The notes beneath the pieces are model-generated. The model made no database searches. It worked only from the letters and a program-made list of their open reading frames with translations, and was not told the DNA's origin. The translations under genes were made by a program, and so were the position numbers. DNA of 63,094 nucleotides, the filler included, from Craspedostauros australis (taxonomy: Eukaryota), in assembly GCA_030167865.1 (NCBI GenBank). It is 9 parts of 9 records of this genome, joined end to end, with 100 filler letters (N's around TTAATTAATTAA, not from the genome) between each part and the next. Parts side by side here need not be neighbours in the genome. Positions count along the whole stretch, not along the records: positions 40,512 to 63,094 come from JALAGF010001298.1; 8 more parts are not named here. One strand, written 5' to 3'. This document shows, one piece after another, positions 44,428 through 57,560 of this stretch; the stretch's first letter is position 1, and the number at the start of each line of letters is the position of its first letter.

Positions 44428-46438
44428 CGAGAGTCGGACACTTTACGGAATGGAGGATGGCGAGGATTCGTTGCCACAAATCATGGAACTGGCATCGATG
44501 GCTGCTGGAGATACCCTCGGCGACAGCAAACACAACGGAAAGGCCATCCTGGAGATGTTTGATCCCAACCATAGCTACGGCGGTGGTTCGGGAGACATCA
44601 TCGGACCCTACATCCCCATCACCGACGATGAGGTGAAGACAGCGATGAAGGATATTGATCCCCAAGCGCGTGTTGTGAACGGCAACGACGCCGACCGACC
44701 GTACCCAGCCTACACGCTCCATCTGACCAACAGCGGTGGCTGGGGATACAACGGATGCGCCGGCACCATGATCTCCGCCTGCCACATGCTGACTGCGGCC
44801 CACTGCGTGATGGGTGGTAGGGCCGGCCTTCCAGACGGCGCCTACGTGCAAGCCTACGCGCCGTACAATGGCAACGACGGCCATTCTTTCCACTTCTCGA
44901 CCGTGAACGACGCCTCCGTCACAATCCACGGCCAGGCGAGTCTGCGCGGTCTCAACAGACACGACGTCGCCATCGTCCGGCTGAACAGATGCACCAACAT
45001 CGATGCTTATCCACCGATGGATGTCGCCGACCCCGCGTACTTCGATGAGATCCTTCAGGACCCCGAACGCAAGAAGTCGACCTTCGTCATTGGCTTGGGA
45101 AGGCTTTGGGAGCATGGGCCCTTCGCATCTCGCCTCCAAAAAGCCGTCCTCCCGCTCATCACAGTCGAGGAATGCAAGCAATACCTCGGATACCAGGTCG
45201 TCGCTGGTGACCACGTGTGCGCAGGCAACCCGGATGAGCCGGACGCCACGAAGCGACTGGACGCCTGCGAAGGCGACAGCGGCGGTCCTCTCTTGTCCAA
45301 GGATCCCAAGACTGGCGAGGATATCATCGTCGGGATCGTGAGCTCGGGGTATGGCTGCGCCGACCAATTCTCTCCTGGTCTTTACGCAACGACCGCCGAC
45401 CACTTCCAATTCATCTACGACAATGTCTGCGAGGATCCCGACATCGACGCGTCCGTCACGCCCGTGTGCGTCAGGTACGAAGCCATCACGGCACGGTCTG
45501 CCGAGACAGTGGAAGTCTCGCCCGGCAACGTCACACTCGGAGTGAATGACACCGTCGATGAGTCATTCGAAGCTAACACAACAGCAACAACAACAGCAAC
45601 AACAGCTGTTCCGACCACCACAGCTCCTGCCACAACGACGACGACGACGACGACAACCACACCAGCCGCAACAACAACTGCTGCGCCTCCGGCGACCACC
45701 ACTACTAGTAGTAGTACTACAAGTGCAACTCCAGCGCCCACCACAACGGTTCCAACCACCACGACTACCACAACAGCTGCCACTACCACAACCACTGCGA
45801 CTCCAGCAGCCACCACGACGGTTCCAACAACCACAACCACAACCACAACAGCAGCTCCTACAACTACAACCCAAGCAGCCACAACAACAACGACGACAGC
45901 AACTCCGGTCGCCACAACCACCACTGTGACTCCGACCACCAACACAACAACCAACACGACAACGACTCCAGCGACGACAGCAGTCCCAACCAACACAACC
46001 ACAACAACAGTTCCAACTACCACAACGACTCCAACGACGACGACGACAACACCAGTTCCAACCACCACCACAACGACAACGACTCCAGCGACGACAACAG
46101 CAGTCCCAACCACCACAACCACAACAACAATTCCAACTACCACAACGACTCCAACGACGACGACAACAACACCAGTTCCAACCACCACCACAACAACAAC
46201 GACGACCACCACGACGACCACGACGACCACCACAACAACAACACCCCCCACCACAACCCAGCGTGTCTGTAATGCCCAGAAGCATGATTACTGCTCTGCT
46301 ACAGGCCCATGCTGCGAGGAGGGCTTGGGGTGCGATAAGAACAAGTGCAAGAAGGCGAAGGCACCGAAGAACCGTGCACTCCGTGCAGACGACTCCGACG
46401 AGGCTGAATTCGAATCCGAGTTCGAAGAGTTCATGTGA
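44183..46438 (+). CDS. Secreted trypsin-like S1A serine protease with polyQ propeptide, Thr-rich mucin stalk and Cys-rich tail (751 aa)
   Basis: Signal peptide; R|VVNG activation site; TAAHC, HDVAIVRL, DACEGDSGGP; ~230-aa T/P/A region; 6-Cys terminal motif. Confidence 0.95.
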
Positions 46439-47565
46439 AGCTAATCAGAGCTAGACACATCCAATCCGTTTCCTCGATATCGCAGGGCCGCGAGCGTGAA
46501 GCCACATTCGGCATGCTGATCGACAACGCACAAGACCAAGAAGCGCGATCCCCCCGCCTTCGTTGTAAACATGTACAAACCGCAAAAAGAGGAGCAACAG
46601 GAGCTCCACAAACACAAACAACACACGGGTTTGGGTTATCACCCGGAATCACCTGTATCAGACGAATGTAGAATAGAAAAACAGCAATTCATATTAACAC
46701 CGAAATGTAACATTAGAACCATGAATCATCCATCCGTGCCAATCCCATGCCGACGCTACTGAGGACTCTACACTGTTGTGTCTCGACCACATTCTCTCAA
46801 TGTACCTGTATGTGCACGTTCACAAAACGAGCCCCAGCATGGGGCCGGGCGACATGTACCAGCGACATCATGTCTGCGATTGCATTGGAGTCAATTTCAT
46901 CATGCAATTGGGGTTAGGGTCTTCCGCACACATAGCTACAAGTTGCATTCTTTTATATTGACTTGCTACATGGAGGAGGCAGACTTGTTGAGGATCGATG
47001 TGCGTGCGTGCGTGTGTGCGTCTGTATGTGCGTTTGCCTAAGCCCATGACTGCATGTGTCCACAACTGTACGTAATCATCTTGCATGCAACTCCCATCGT
47101 CTCAATTCTTCATGTATGCGGGTGTCGCACTGGAAGATGCCGATGTTCCTTCGTCTGCTTGCCTGGAACCAACGCACGTACTGATGCTGTTTGCGTCAGA
47201 AGGATGCAATACATGAGCGTGTGCGCCCACGAAGACCAAGATGTTCGAGGAATACATGCCGTGCTCGTGTTTGCGTCTGGATGCTTCAACAACCGAGTTT
47301 CGGTTCAGGCGAAGTTGTACACATTTGGAGCAATGTGGATTCGCAGAGTGCAAGGTACATATGTACGAGCACAATTGTGCCATGCTCCTGTTGCATCCCA
47401 GATTGCCCTGCACCACCATGCATCTGCCTGGCCATTTCATCGACAGCTGTTTGAATCAAGTCCGTCCCACAGCACTCTTTTGTGTTTTCCTCTCCCCTAC
47501 ATCCATGCACGCACGCCAAGTCATATGATGACGCAATTCCCAGCAGCAAACTGTTGCTACCGCCG

Positions 47566-48174
47566 CTACCGCTTCTTGAAATCGTATTTCTTGCGCTCGT
47601 AGAATAGATCAGTCTTTGTGGAACCTAGATTGACGATCTTCGGACAGCCATCTCGATCCTTCTCCTGCAGCACGCATTCCTGGCAGAAGTACGCATCCGT
47701 GACGCCCTGGTTGCCGCAGACAATGCAGCGCGACTCGTGGCTGCCGTAGTTGCATTCATCGCAGATGGTCACCAAGGTGTGCGGGTTGACGAGGGAGTCG
47801 CAGATGACGCATTTGCCATCACCTGGGTTGTTGCAGTTTGTTGCGTTTGTTGCATTTGTCGAAATGTGTTACGATTTGGACAGCATACATTCAATGGCAT
47901 TGCATTTCATTATTCAATGCATGCGTCCAGAGAGAAAGGTACGGAATCGATTGAATAGGGCAATCGTGAGTGGTGATCATTCATTCATTCGTCCATCTAT
48001 CCATCTATCCACGCATGCAAGCGTTCACTTCGCAGAGATCCAGGCCACGAGCGTACAAACGGTGACACACAGAAGGGGAATCACCCCGCCCCACTCACAC
48101 TTCTCACACAGGCGGCCGATCGCAACGCCAGGCTGCTTGCGGCACATCACGAGATCTGGATGATGCTTGGCCAT
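47566..48174 (-). CDS. PHF5A: PHD finger-like domain protein 5A (SF3b14b/Rds3), exons 48174-48099 and 47822-47566, 110 aa
   Basis: [35 protein letters not shown]...[32 protein letters not shown] donor and CAG acceptor join in frame. Confidence 0.97.
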
Positions 48175-50416
48175 TGTCTTTCTTTCCTGAAGTCTTCTCC
48201 GTTGTCTTTTTGTCTAAGGACAGCTCTTCCTTTCTGATACGAGTACAGTGCTTGTTCGTTGGATGCCGTCGTCTTATTGATGATCTCTCGCAGGCGTATC
48301 TCTTGTCGTTGTTCTTGGTGTGAAGTGTTGGCGCGTGGGAGCGCTGGAGTGTGGGATTCCGTGTCCGGGTTGGGAAGTGTTGGTGTGCGCTCACATTTCA
48401 TGCTGTTCTCGAAACCTTGAAAAAGTGATGGTTGGTTTTGGTTGGCTTTCGTTAACCCAGCCGAATCGTCTGATTACACAACAGAATTGTCGGACTATTG
48501 TGGTCGGTGGAGTCCATATCTGAGTCATGTTCGATTCTATCCACGGCCTGGGCACAGACGAAAATAATGATGGTTTATTTCACACGACTCGAGAAACCCT
48601 GAACAAATCGTCTGTTTTGCTTTCAATTGGTCATAGTGTGTCCCAGACAGGGACAACACATCTCCGAACTGCAAGGGTGCGGATGTGACCACACGGCAGA
48701 AGAGGCACCAACGAGACAGAGAGCAAGACAACTTGATAGGAACACGCAAGCCTCCAGTGATTGGGCCTCGATATGTTTCCTCGCTCGCAGCTGCTCCTGC
48801 AGTTGTGGATTCACAGGAGTTTGGAAGACAGAATCTGATGTTCCAACACGCATTTCGATCCTGTGGGATGCTCCGGAAACTCAGACATGCTTCCTGTCAA
48901 CCATCCTCTGTGAAGCGGTGTTCCATTCTTTGCGTTTCGCACCAAGGGCCATCCTCCTTCTTCAACCTATTTCATTGCCAGAGCATGCACGTCACGGTAC
49001 GGCACGGTGCGACTACCCTTCGTTGCTATCTCCCAAAGAATGCCCAAAGCCAGCATTGTGAGAAATGACGAGGCCCTCCTTTTTCTGTTTGCTTCTCTCA
49101 CATCGGACTGACCCTCCCTCCATGGATGGATGTTGCGGTCGTAGCAGCCAAAGCGACAACAATGCTCGTGCTGTGCGGGATGCGTTCACTTTGGAACTTT
49201 CCCAGCAACTTGCCGCGGGTCGCATGATTCACTAGTGGATTCAAGTCTCATGGCACAAGGAGTCCCCACCTCTTGTCTCGAGGGGATGCGTTTGGCTGTT
49301 GACCAGGACAACGGAAGAAGCGGGAAGGGTGGCGAGGACGAAACCTGCAGTCTTGCGACGTCACGCACAGACACATGAAAGGATCAGCGACGCTGTTGAA
49401 TGAACAGACGAATGCTCTCCTCGCGCTCCATTCCGCGCGGCACTCTTCATTCCTTTTATGCTCCCGACGCGTACACGCACGCAAATCTGACAACTGAGGC
49501 GGGAACGGAGGTGGTAACGACGTCGAAAAGAGAGGCGGGCAACGCGGAACCATGCGGAGCAAACATGCTGGCTCTTGACGGGAGCCGCAGCGGCGCTTCT
49601 GTTTCAATTTGCTCCATCATTGCGTGAAGCAGCTGGATGCCACATCCTCGCTTTGCACTATTCGCCCAAAGGTGTAACATGACACATTTGCGCGAATTGG
49701 CGAACTTCCAGACATATTAGAGGCAGAATGACGTCAAAGCACATACTTCACCATGCGCATTTGCAACGCACATGGGCGAGACTGTCGATCCCCTTCGCAA
49801 CAGTTCGGAATGCGACAAGATCTGATGGAGCAGCAGTCGACAATAGATCGAATCGCCCGGTTGCATCCAATAAGCCTGGACAATGATCGGTCTTACTTTG
49901 ACCACATAACTCGTGCTCTCTAGAGTACGGATGATGCTTGTGCTGTGATCGTCCTCATCATGTGTGACAGATGGTCTCATTTGGATCAAAATGTCCGCCG
50001 TTGACATAGAAATGGTGAACAGTCGCGCCCCGAGCAAACACAGCGCTCGCGCCGAGGGTATTGCACCCGGCGGTATCGCATTCATCGCGAACATTATCAT
50101 CAATGTCCGTCCCTCAGCCTCCCAACTCCTGTCCCCTTCCGCTCACCATTCGCTCATCTCCTCGACATTGGAGGGGATTATCTTCACCAGTGCTGCGATT
50201 GCTCCGTTAGACGACTCTAGCGTATAATAGGTATGGTAGAAATACCTATGACGATACGAAAGTAAGCATGTTTTATATCATGCTATACAATATTCATTGG
50301 CAAGCAGATCGCTGATGTAATAGTTGGACTCTAGTCTCTATTGTATATTATATACTCGCAACTCGCAGGGTAGTTTATGCATAGTAGTATTGGCGAGCAA
50401 TACAGAACAGGCAGGC

Positions 50417-51811
50417 TCATGCAAGCGATCGTGGATTCCAGCAAAAGCCCAGTTCGTTCAATCGGTCCACGCGCTGCTGCGTGATGTTCGATCGGCGGCC
50501 CTGCTTCATGAGCTTGTACTGGCGTCGCTGGCATTTGACCCAGACCGCAAGTGATGGGTTGTCCTTGAATCTGGTGGGGACGGTGCAGTGGCCGTGCTCC
50601 TTCTCGAACCTCAGCAACTCTTGGTACTTTTGCTCCCAAAGGCCGTGATGCGAGTCCCAAACGAAGCCGACATCGTCCAGCCGCTGCTGCCGGTTCCTCG
50701 TGAGGGTGGAATGCCTTCCCTCCATCTTGAGCTTGAACTGGTACCGTTGCCGCTTGACCCACTGCGCCAGCTGTGGGAAATCCTTGAAGGTGTGCGGCAC
50801 GCTGCAGTGACCGGACCGTTCCTTGAAGATCTGCAACTCCTTGAATCGGTGCTCCCACTGCGCCTCCTGGTGGTTGCGGATTCTGGAAGACGACTCGGCG
50901 TCCTCGTCGATCGGTGCTGTGCGCAGGTGAACGAAGTACGAGTACTCTGTCTTCGTCTTGGACTCGGCTCGTTTGCAGCGCTTGTGCTGCCGCAGGTACT
51001 CATCGGCAGATGGGGCGCGTTTCTTCGGTTTCGATTCTTGCGATTCTTGCTGTTGCTGCTGGCTGCACTCAACGAGCGGTCGCAAAAACGCGAGCATGGA
51101 TTCGTTGGTGAGTTCTTGCGAGGTGCTGATCATGTCGATGATGTCCACTTTGGGTACCACGGTCACGCGGCTTGGCTCGATGGGGACGGGTTCCAGCATG
51201 CGAGCGTCGATGCCGACCTCGCCGGTGGCGTTGCGTGGGTTTGCGCCGTGCACATCATCCGAACGACGAATGGTGAACGAGTCGGGAGGATTCGCGGCCG
51301 TCGACAAAATCGCTGCCGCCCTTCCTCCTTCAACTCCGTTCAAGTCGAGCGGGACCGATGTTGTCGACGTTGGCCACGGGAAGCAACGCGATGAGGCTAC
51401 GCACCCATCATCCAACTTGAACGTTGCGGGTTGTATCCAAGCTGCAGCGGTCGCACTGGACACAGATGCGACCGTGCTGTTCAGAGTAGATGGTCGCGCT
51501 GCGAACACCGTGGAGACGGATGGCCCAGAGGCGGTACGCAGGGCCGGGGGAGACGGCAGCGAGAGCATCTGATTCGAAGAGAGGGAGAGTGGGCACTTCA
51601 GGCCGTTCATGGGGAAAGGCGCAAGCTGTTGCTGCTGCTGGTGGTGGTCGTATGTCGTCTTCATGGTGTCGTTGGTTGCATCAAATGATTTGTGAGATGA
51701 TCGTCCACAATTGCCAATTTGCCCTGGGGTGGTTTGTTGTGTCATGAGCAACAAGGGAGGATTCATCGCCATCCGGATCGTGGTTTTGACAATAATGTCC
51801 CCTTTATTCAT
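50417..51811 (-). CDS. Helicase-associated (HA) domain protein with two C-terminal HA repeats; start uncertain
   Basis: WEHRFKELQIFKERSGHCSVP..LAQWVKRQR..LDDVGFVW and WEQKYQELLRFEKEHGHCTVP..LNELGFCW. Confidence 0.9.
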   Translation of the reverse strand: MNKGDIIVKTTIRMAMNPPLLLMTQQTTPGQIGNCGRSSHKSFDATNDTMKTTYDHHQQQQQLAPFPMNGLKCPLSLSSNQMLSLPSPPALRTASGPSVSTVFAARPSTLNSTVASVSSATAAAWIQPATFKLDDGCVASSRCFPWPTSTTSVPLDLNGVEGGRAAAILSTAANPPDSFTIRRSDDVHGANPRNATGEVGIDARMLEPVPIEPSRVTVVPKVDIIDMISTSQELTNESMLAFLRPLVECSQQQQQESQESKPKKRAPSADEYLRQHKRCKRAESKTKTEYSYFVHLRTAPIDEDAESSSRIRNHQEAQWEHRFKELQIFKERSGHCSVPHTFKDFPQLAQWVKRQRYQFKLKMEGRHSTLTRNRQQRLDDVGFVWDSHHGLWEQKYQELLRFEKEHGHCTVPTRFKDNPSLAVWVKCQRRQYKLMKQGRRSNITQQRVDRLNELGFCWNPRSLA

Positions 51812-54800
51812 CGAGAGACTGCGAGTCGCTCAAACCGGGCGTTGGTTGTGACTGTTGTGAAGGATTCCGAAGGGGGAGCTGCTCTCCAGGAATGTCCGGC
51901 CCTCGGCTTAGCTCTTGGTGTCTTGGACCGTGCGGTTCAGCCTGGCCACGCAGAGCTTTGGAGCCTCTTGGTCTGTCTCTCTCTCTCTCTTCGCTCCTGT
52001 TCCGCGCAGTTCGTGAAATGGATTGACCGAAGAGCGGCGAGGAATGTCAATGGCACCAAGATGTGAGCGATGGGTACAATATCTATGTGGAGGAGTACGA
52101 GTATGTATGCCATGACAGTTTGGTGTGGCGTGGTGTGGGACCGAAGTGCGCGGATGCGGCGCTCCGTTGGTATCAGGATGCACTGTCCGAAAGAGAACCG
52201 GATCGGTCGAAACGCAGCAATAACGATGCGGATGACGCTGTTGCTGGTGGCACTTGCGGCTCGTTGCCTTGTGATTCGGTACAGGTCTGCGAAATGATGT
52301 CGAGTATGGCAATGAAGACGCAGAGGACAAGCCCGGTGAGGAGTTTTTGGCGCTTCCGCGCTGGCAACCACCTTGTCTGGTGTTATCCAAGTGTGGGTTT
52401 TCGTGTGCTGTTGGTGTTGGTGTTGGTGTTGTTGGTAAAGTTCGCAACAAGCTGGAGAATTCTGGAAATTGTGACCACGATCAACCTGCGAAGCACCGTT
52501 TATGCACGAGGATGATGCCAGGAAGAGGAATCGCAGAGAACGAGGTGGACATGTGGGTGAGCAAAAGACCCATGACCACCCAAAACATCACTGGTGATTT
52601 CATGACACACGCGAAGTGCTTTTAGTCCCCCAATGGTGGCGGTATTCTGAGATGGACGTTCCATCACCTGTGAGCGTGAACAGCGCCCCTCCAGCTTGTC
52701 CAAAGTACTCATAGAACCTGCGAATATCTCCACTCGTATGTCCCCTGGCTGTTCTCGCCTTGGTCTGCTCAATTTCTCGACGGCAGCGGCGCTTCATTCT
52801 TCACTGGGTTGACCCTTGGGAAGGTTTGGCTCGACACACCGGCAGCCGCAAAATGGAGGCGGCGAGACGACATGCATGATGTCGTGCCGCACATTGTATG
52901 AGTATAAGTACTTCGAGTGTGCTGTGCAGGAGTGTTAGCAGAGAGTGCTCCATTGTCTTCTTCACGCCCTCGCAGACGAAGACATTGATTGTATGGGGTG
53001 AGGCGAGAAGTTTGGTGCGATATTCATTTCAGGTTTTGTGGCATTTGTTCATCTGCACCGTCCCCTTCCGTAATCTTGCTTCACGTACGCGTAATGACAA
53101 ATCCTGCTCATTTCGCAGTGGACATTCTGGGCATATTTGTGATGGACTGACGCGATATCTTCGTTTTTGGGGTTTCCAGAATGTCCTATCTTCTGCGACA
53201 TGAGGCATGTGAATCGCACGGAATAAGCAAGACACCTACATATGGTAGATTGTGAAACAGGGGAGTTAACGTCTGCATGGAGCTCCAAACACTCACATTC
53301 ATGGCGCTTGTGCAATATCCGGTAGCGCCACTGCGACATTTGCAACCTCGCGAGACTTTTTTCGTTTCCGCAGTTGTGGGCTTCATAAGTATGAGCAATG
53401 CGTCTTGATGTGTCTCACGTCGCTTTTCTTTTCGGCCAACGCGTCCCCCTGCTCAACTCGACTTGCACCCATCACACAAAGACCAATGACCACATTGCCG
53501 CCCTTGTCCTTCCGTCACCGTCTGTGCACGGTCATGCTTGTGCAGCGGAGTAGATGAGAGTAGAACAGAGTAGAGTAGAGCCAGGTCGTTGATGCCGAAT
53601 GAGAGGACTCCCTTCTCTTATTTCACCCAGGTTGTTGTACGAACATGACCGCAAGCCGAGCGAGGGAGGAAGGAACTGCTGCCTCCCGTGCCCTGCCATC
53701 CTCGTGCATTTCCCTGGACGCGGTGCGATCGATCTTCCTCACCTGCGTGGTAATAACTTTCACATGTTCGCGCCCATCGTCGTAGCCCGTACATGCAGAA
53801 CCGGCCTGGTCCACGCCAACATCTTTCGTTGCCGCCGATCTGTCGCGATTGACGGCGAATGTCCATGCACAAGTGTTGGAGTGGCATGTATAGTATACGA
53901 CCAGTTCGTCTGTGTCAACGACTTTCTTGTCCCTTTGCTTTGATGAGTGCGGAACTCGCGTTCTTTACGTAAAGCCGCACATCATGCATATGTGTTAGCC
54001 TAGTTTATCCGATCAACTGCACAACGGCCATCAACTTGTTCGCGAAGGTGGAGCTAGAAGCGCACAGTTCACGTTGTGACAGAATCAACCCATTTCCACA
54101 AGTAGTCATTTGTCTTCCTGTGCATAAATACATCTCAAATACTTCTTGTCCCCCTTCTCCATTGTTCCCTGTGCGTGTTCCGCCTGGCCCCACAACTCAC
54201 GTGCACCGACAAAACAACGAACGAACGACAAAAGCGACACGGTCAGATCCAACCAAGGATGTTCGAGAGGCTACTTCCATCCACGAGCACATCAACGTGA
54301 ACGCGCATGCACATGCACACATTCTCCGCAATGCTGAATGATGTACGAGCTGCTCGCACATCTGAGCACAGTTATCAGTATTCGTGGTTCGTCCAGTAAA
54401 TCCCTGTGGCTACGCATTTGGCTTGCTGCTCATGCAGGAGCTGCGGGAATTCTTGTGGCGACGGAAAATGGCCCGAATGTCCCAGGAGACCTGCTCATCT
54501 CTCAAATAGCGACCCGCTCGCCCATCGCCTCCCAGCGCGACAACAGGGGAAGTAATGCCACCAGGACACACGGCTATAACATGACAGTATCCGCAAGGAC
54601 GGTTGCATGTGCATTCATCTCTTTGGCATACTCACTGGCCATTTTCGGATGGCAGGGCCCACAGGGGGCTGTCTTGATGCTCTCATTGGCATTTCGCGAG
54701 TGGATGGAATGGTCGTGTCATGCGATGGCGCCATGATGTCGGTAGCTATTGCCATCGATTCAACATGGTTTCATTCAGTCAAAATACAGTAGAGCCTCAC

Positions 54801-55760
54801 TGCTCCACTACACTCCATGCGATTGCGGGATCCCGAAGTGCTCCGGCAAGATTGGCAACGATTGAGTACTGCTTTGGTTGGAGTCCAAAGTCGTGTCAAT
54901 TAGTCTGTGTGTCTGTCAGTCAGTCTGTATGTGTGAGCAACATTCCCTTTCCGTCTGTCTGTTGGACTTCTTGTGAAAACGTGCTTTAGATAAATCACGC
55001 TGCCAAACACGTTCCTGCATTGTATTCGTGATTCAATTGGCTCATCCCAGTCGATCCCCAGCGAAAAAAGAAGCTAACGAAGCAGAACAGCTGCTGGCAT
55101 TTTGACACACAACCACGAATTCGCCAAGGTCTCGCCGAGAGAAGGACTTCAGGACGAATGTCGCACCAAACGGATACTCTTTCACCAACTCTAACCTATT
55201 CGTCGTATTTTAAATCATTTCCATGACCGACCAATCTTGTCTTTTAACTTCCTCATTTCACATCATTCGTTCTCGCGCCAAAGGCATTCTTGAAGATGCC
55301 AACTCCAAGTCACTTCTATCGCGCTCGATGGGCAACCTCCTTTCCGTCTCTTTGCATCGCTCTGATATCACGGATACTATGTCACCAGTTTCATTGCCTA
55401 CTCGCAGGCACGTCAGACATGAGAATTGGATGTACCTCTAGCGGATGCCGTAAGATTGCTGGAGGCATCCCACCCGTGCAGGCTGCTCATACACGATACC
55501 CACTGTAATTATGTTCATATCGTTGCTTTCTTTTCCTGCCCTGCACGCTACGGTGTGCGGACTCCGGTGTGACCAAATGTTCTCTGCTGCAATCTGTGAC
55601 CTATCGATCATGGTGTTCCGGACCGACGAAAAAGTCGCCTATCTTCCATTTGACTCGCCCATAGCTCGTACCTGTCTGTCTTGTAATATATAATAGAATA
55701 CTTTATTATATGCATTGCGTGCCGAACTCACTTCGTGATAACCCTCACATCGTGGGATGA

Positions 55761-57560
55761 TCAACCTTTCCGTGGGCTCCAGCAAAATCCGATGTCATTG
55801 AGGCGATCGATGCGTTGCTGGGTGATGTTGCTTGGGCGATTCTGCTGTAGTAGTCGGTACTGCCGCCTCTGGCACTTGATCCAAACAGCAAGACGTTTGT
55901 GGATGGAATCCTTGCACGGAACAAGGCAGTGGCCGTGCTCCTCTCGGTACGCAGCCAATTCTTGGAACCTGGATTCCCACAGAGCGTGGTGGGAGTCCCA
56001 CACGAAGCCAACATCGTCCAAGATCTGTTGCCTGCGATCTGTCAACGTGCAATGGCGGCCCTCCGTCTTGAGCTTGAACTGGTACCGCTGTCGTTTGGTC
56101 CACTGGGCGAGCTGTGGATGCACTTTGTAGGTGTAGGGAACGGCGCAGTGTCCAAACTGCCTCTTGAATATACAGAGCTCGTTGAATCTGGCCTCCCACT
56201 GTGTTTCTTGGTGTTGTCGAATCTGGTTGGAGTTTGGTGTTGTGGCATCATTACCTGGTTGAAATGATTGATTTGCTGTGTGCATCGAGGGTGTCGACTG
56301 CGCTGACGAAAGAGATGTGTGTGATTGTGTCGATGAGAGTATGCCAGCCGCGAGGGATGCCCCGGCAGCGTGAGGAGTACTGTTGCTGTGACTGTCGCTG
56401 GTTTTGGCGTTGGTGCTGACGCTGGTGGCGCTGTTGCTCCGACCAATGCTGCGGTCTTGGTTTCCCGCACACGATGATCTCCGCCTATCAGCTTGAGGGA
56501 GGGCTGTCTTGTTCTCCTTCTTGAACCGCTTGTGGCGTTTCAAATTCTCGTCGCTGGAGGGGACAAGCATCAGGGGACGAGTGTATCCGGTGGTAGGTTC
56601 AGTTGTGGCAGGTGGGCGTGTTGCGCTCCTGCTTCGTTTGCTCTTCTGTGAGTTGAGGGACGAGAACGACGCAGGCTTACCTGCAACTGCAACTGCACCT
56701 ACACTTGCAGATTTGTGTGGAAGAGCATGCGTAGTTGAAACCTTAGCTGTAGTTGTGGTTGCAGGTAGAGATGCAGATGCAGATGCAGCTGCAGGTAGAG
56801 GAAACGTTGAAGTGGAGGGCGCTTGTTTCCGAGCAAATGTTGCTGGAAATGAAACAGTCGTGTGATCAATTCTGGGCACAACCACCATTCGATAGGGATC
56901 GATCGGAACTGGTTCCATGTCAACCATGGCTGGATTCCATGATGTCGATAATGCCGATGGCAATGCTGTTGCTGTTGCTGATGCGGATCCCCTTGCTTCT
57001 GTCAGTTCTGAATGCGATGTATACGGTGCCGCAACTTCTGGGGCTCCCACTACTTTCGTTGACCCCAGCGGCTGCGACGTTCTTGGTGTTCGCAGTGGAG
57101 ATGAAGGCAATGATGCGAAAGGCAATGACGAGTCTGAGGAATCGAAGAGCCATGTCATGGATGCCAGCGGGAGTGGACTTTCCATACAGGACGAATGGTT
57201 CGCGTGTAGAGTTCCCCCACCAGGGATGCTTTCCGTATCAACGCATGAATCTTGATCGATGTCAAGCTGATCGAGCTTCGTGACATCCGTCGGTTGATGA
57301 TGTGCCATGCCAGCTCGGCTGCCTCTGAGGCGCAAAAAGTCGACGAGATTCCCGTTGCTCCTGGCGGTTGAGGATGGAGCAGACCGCGACGACATCAGAT
57401 CCGATGAGAGCGTCGCAGTCCTCGGCGAAGATGAGGCTGGATTCGAGAGCATGATGCGATCGATGTCCGCTGTGTCCCAACAATCGTCGCCAGGTTTCAA
57501 TCGATTATTCATCGTTGCATTCGTATGGAATGTATGGAATGTAAGTTGCTTGAGGGACAT
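55761..57560 (-). CDS. HA domain protein paralogue with two HA repeats (start may be 57512)
   Basis: WEARFNELCIFKRQFGHCAVP..LAQWTKRQR and WESRFQELAAYREEHGHCLVP..LNDIGFCW. Confidence 0.9.
   Translation of the reverse strand: MSLKQLTFHTFHTNATMNNRLKPGDDCWDTADIDRIMLSNPASSSPRTATLSSDLMSSRSAPSSTARSNGNLVDFLRLRGSRAGMAHHQPTDVTKLDQLDIDQDSCVDTESIPGGGTLHANHSSCMESPLPLASMTWLFDSSDSSLPFASLPSSPLRTPRTSQPLGSTKVVGAPEVAAPYTSHSELTEARGSASATATALPSALSTSWNPAMVDMEPVPIDPYRMVVVPRIDHTTVSFPATFARKQAPSTSTFPLPAAASASASLPATTTTAKVSTTHALPHKSASVGAVAVAGKPASFSSLNSQKSKRSRSATRPPATTEPTTGYTRPLMLVPSSDENLKRHKRFKKENKTALPQADRRRSSCAGNQDRSIGRSNSATSVSTNAKTSDSHSNSTPHAAGASLAAGILSSTQSHTSLSSAQSTPSMHTANQSFQPGNDATTPNSNQIRQHQETQWEARFNELCIFKRQFGHCAVPYTYKVHPQLAQWTKRQRYQFKLKTEGRHCTLTDRRQQILDDVGFVWDSHHALWESRFQELAAYREEHGHCLVPCKDSIHKRLAVWIKCQRRQYRLLQQNRPSNITQQRIDRLNDIGFCWSPRKG

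Noticed and set aside
44108..46285. Minus-strand poly-Leu, poly-Val and Cys/Gly ORFs
   Set aside because: Antisense reads of the polyQ and Thr repeats in the trypsin gene.
32671..46438. Single extracellular-matrix gene cluster (PTS proteins + Pls-like + trypsin)
   Set aside because: Four artificial joins separate these genes, so physical linkage cannot be supported from this sequence.
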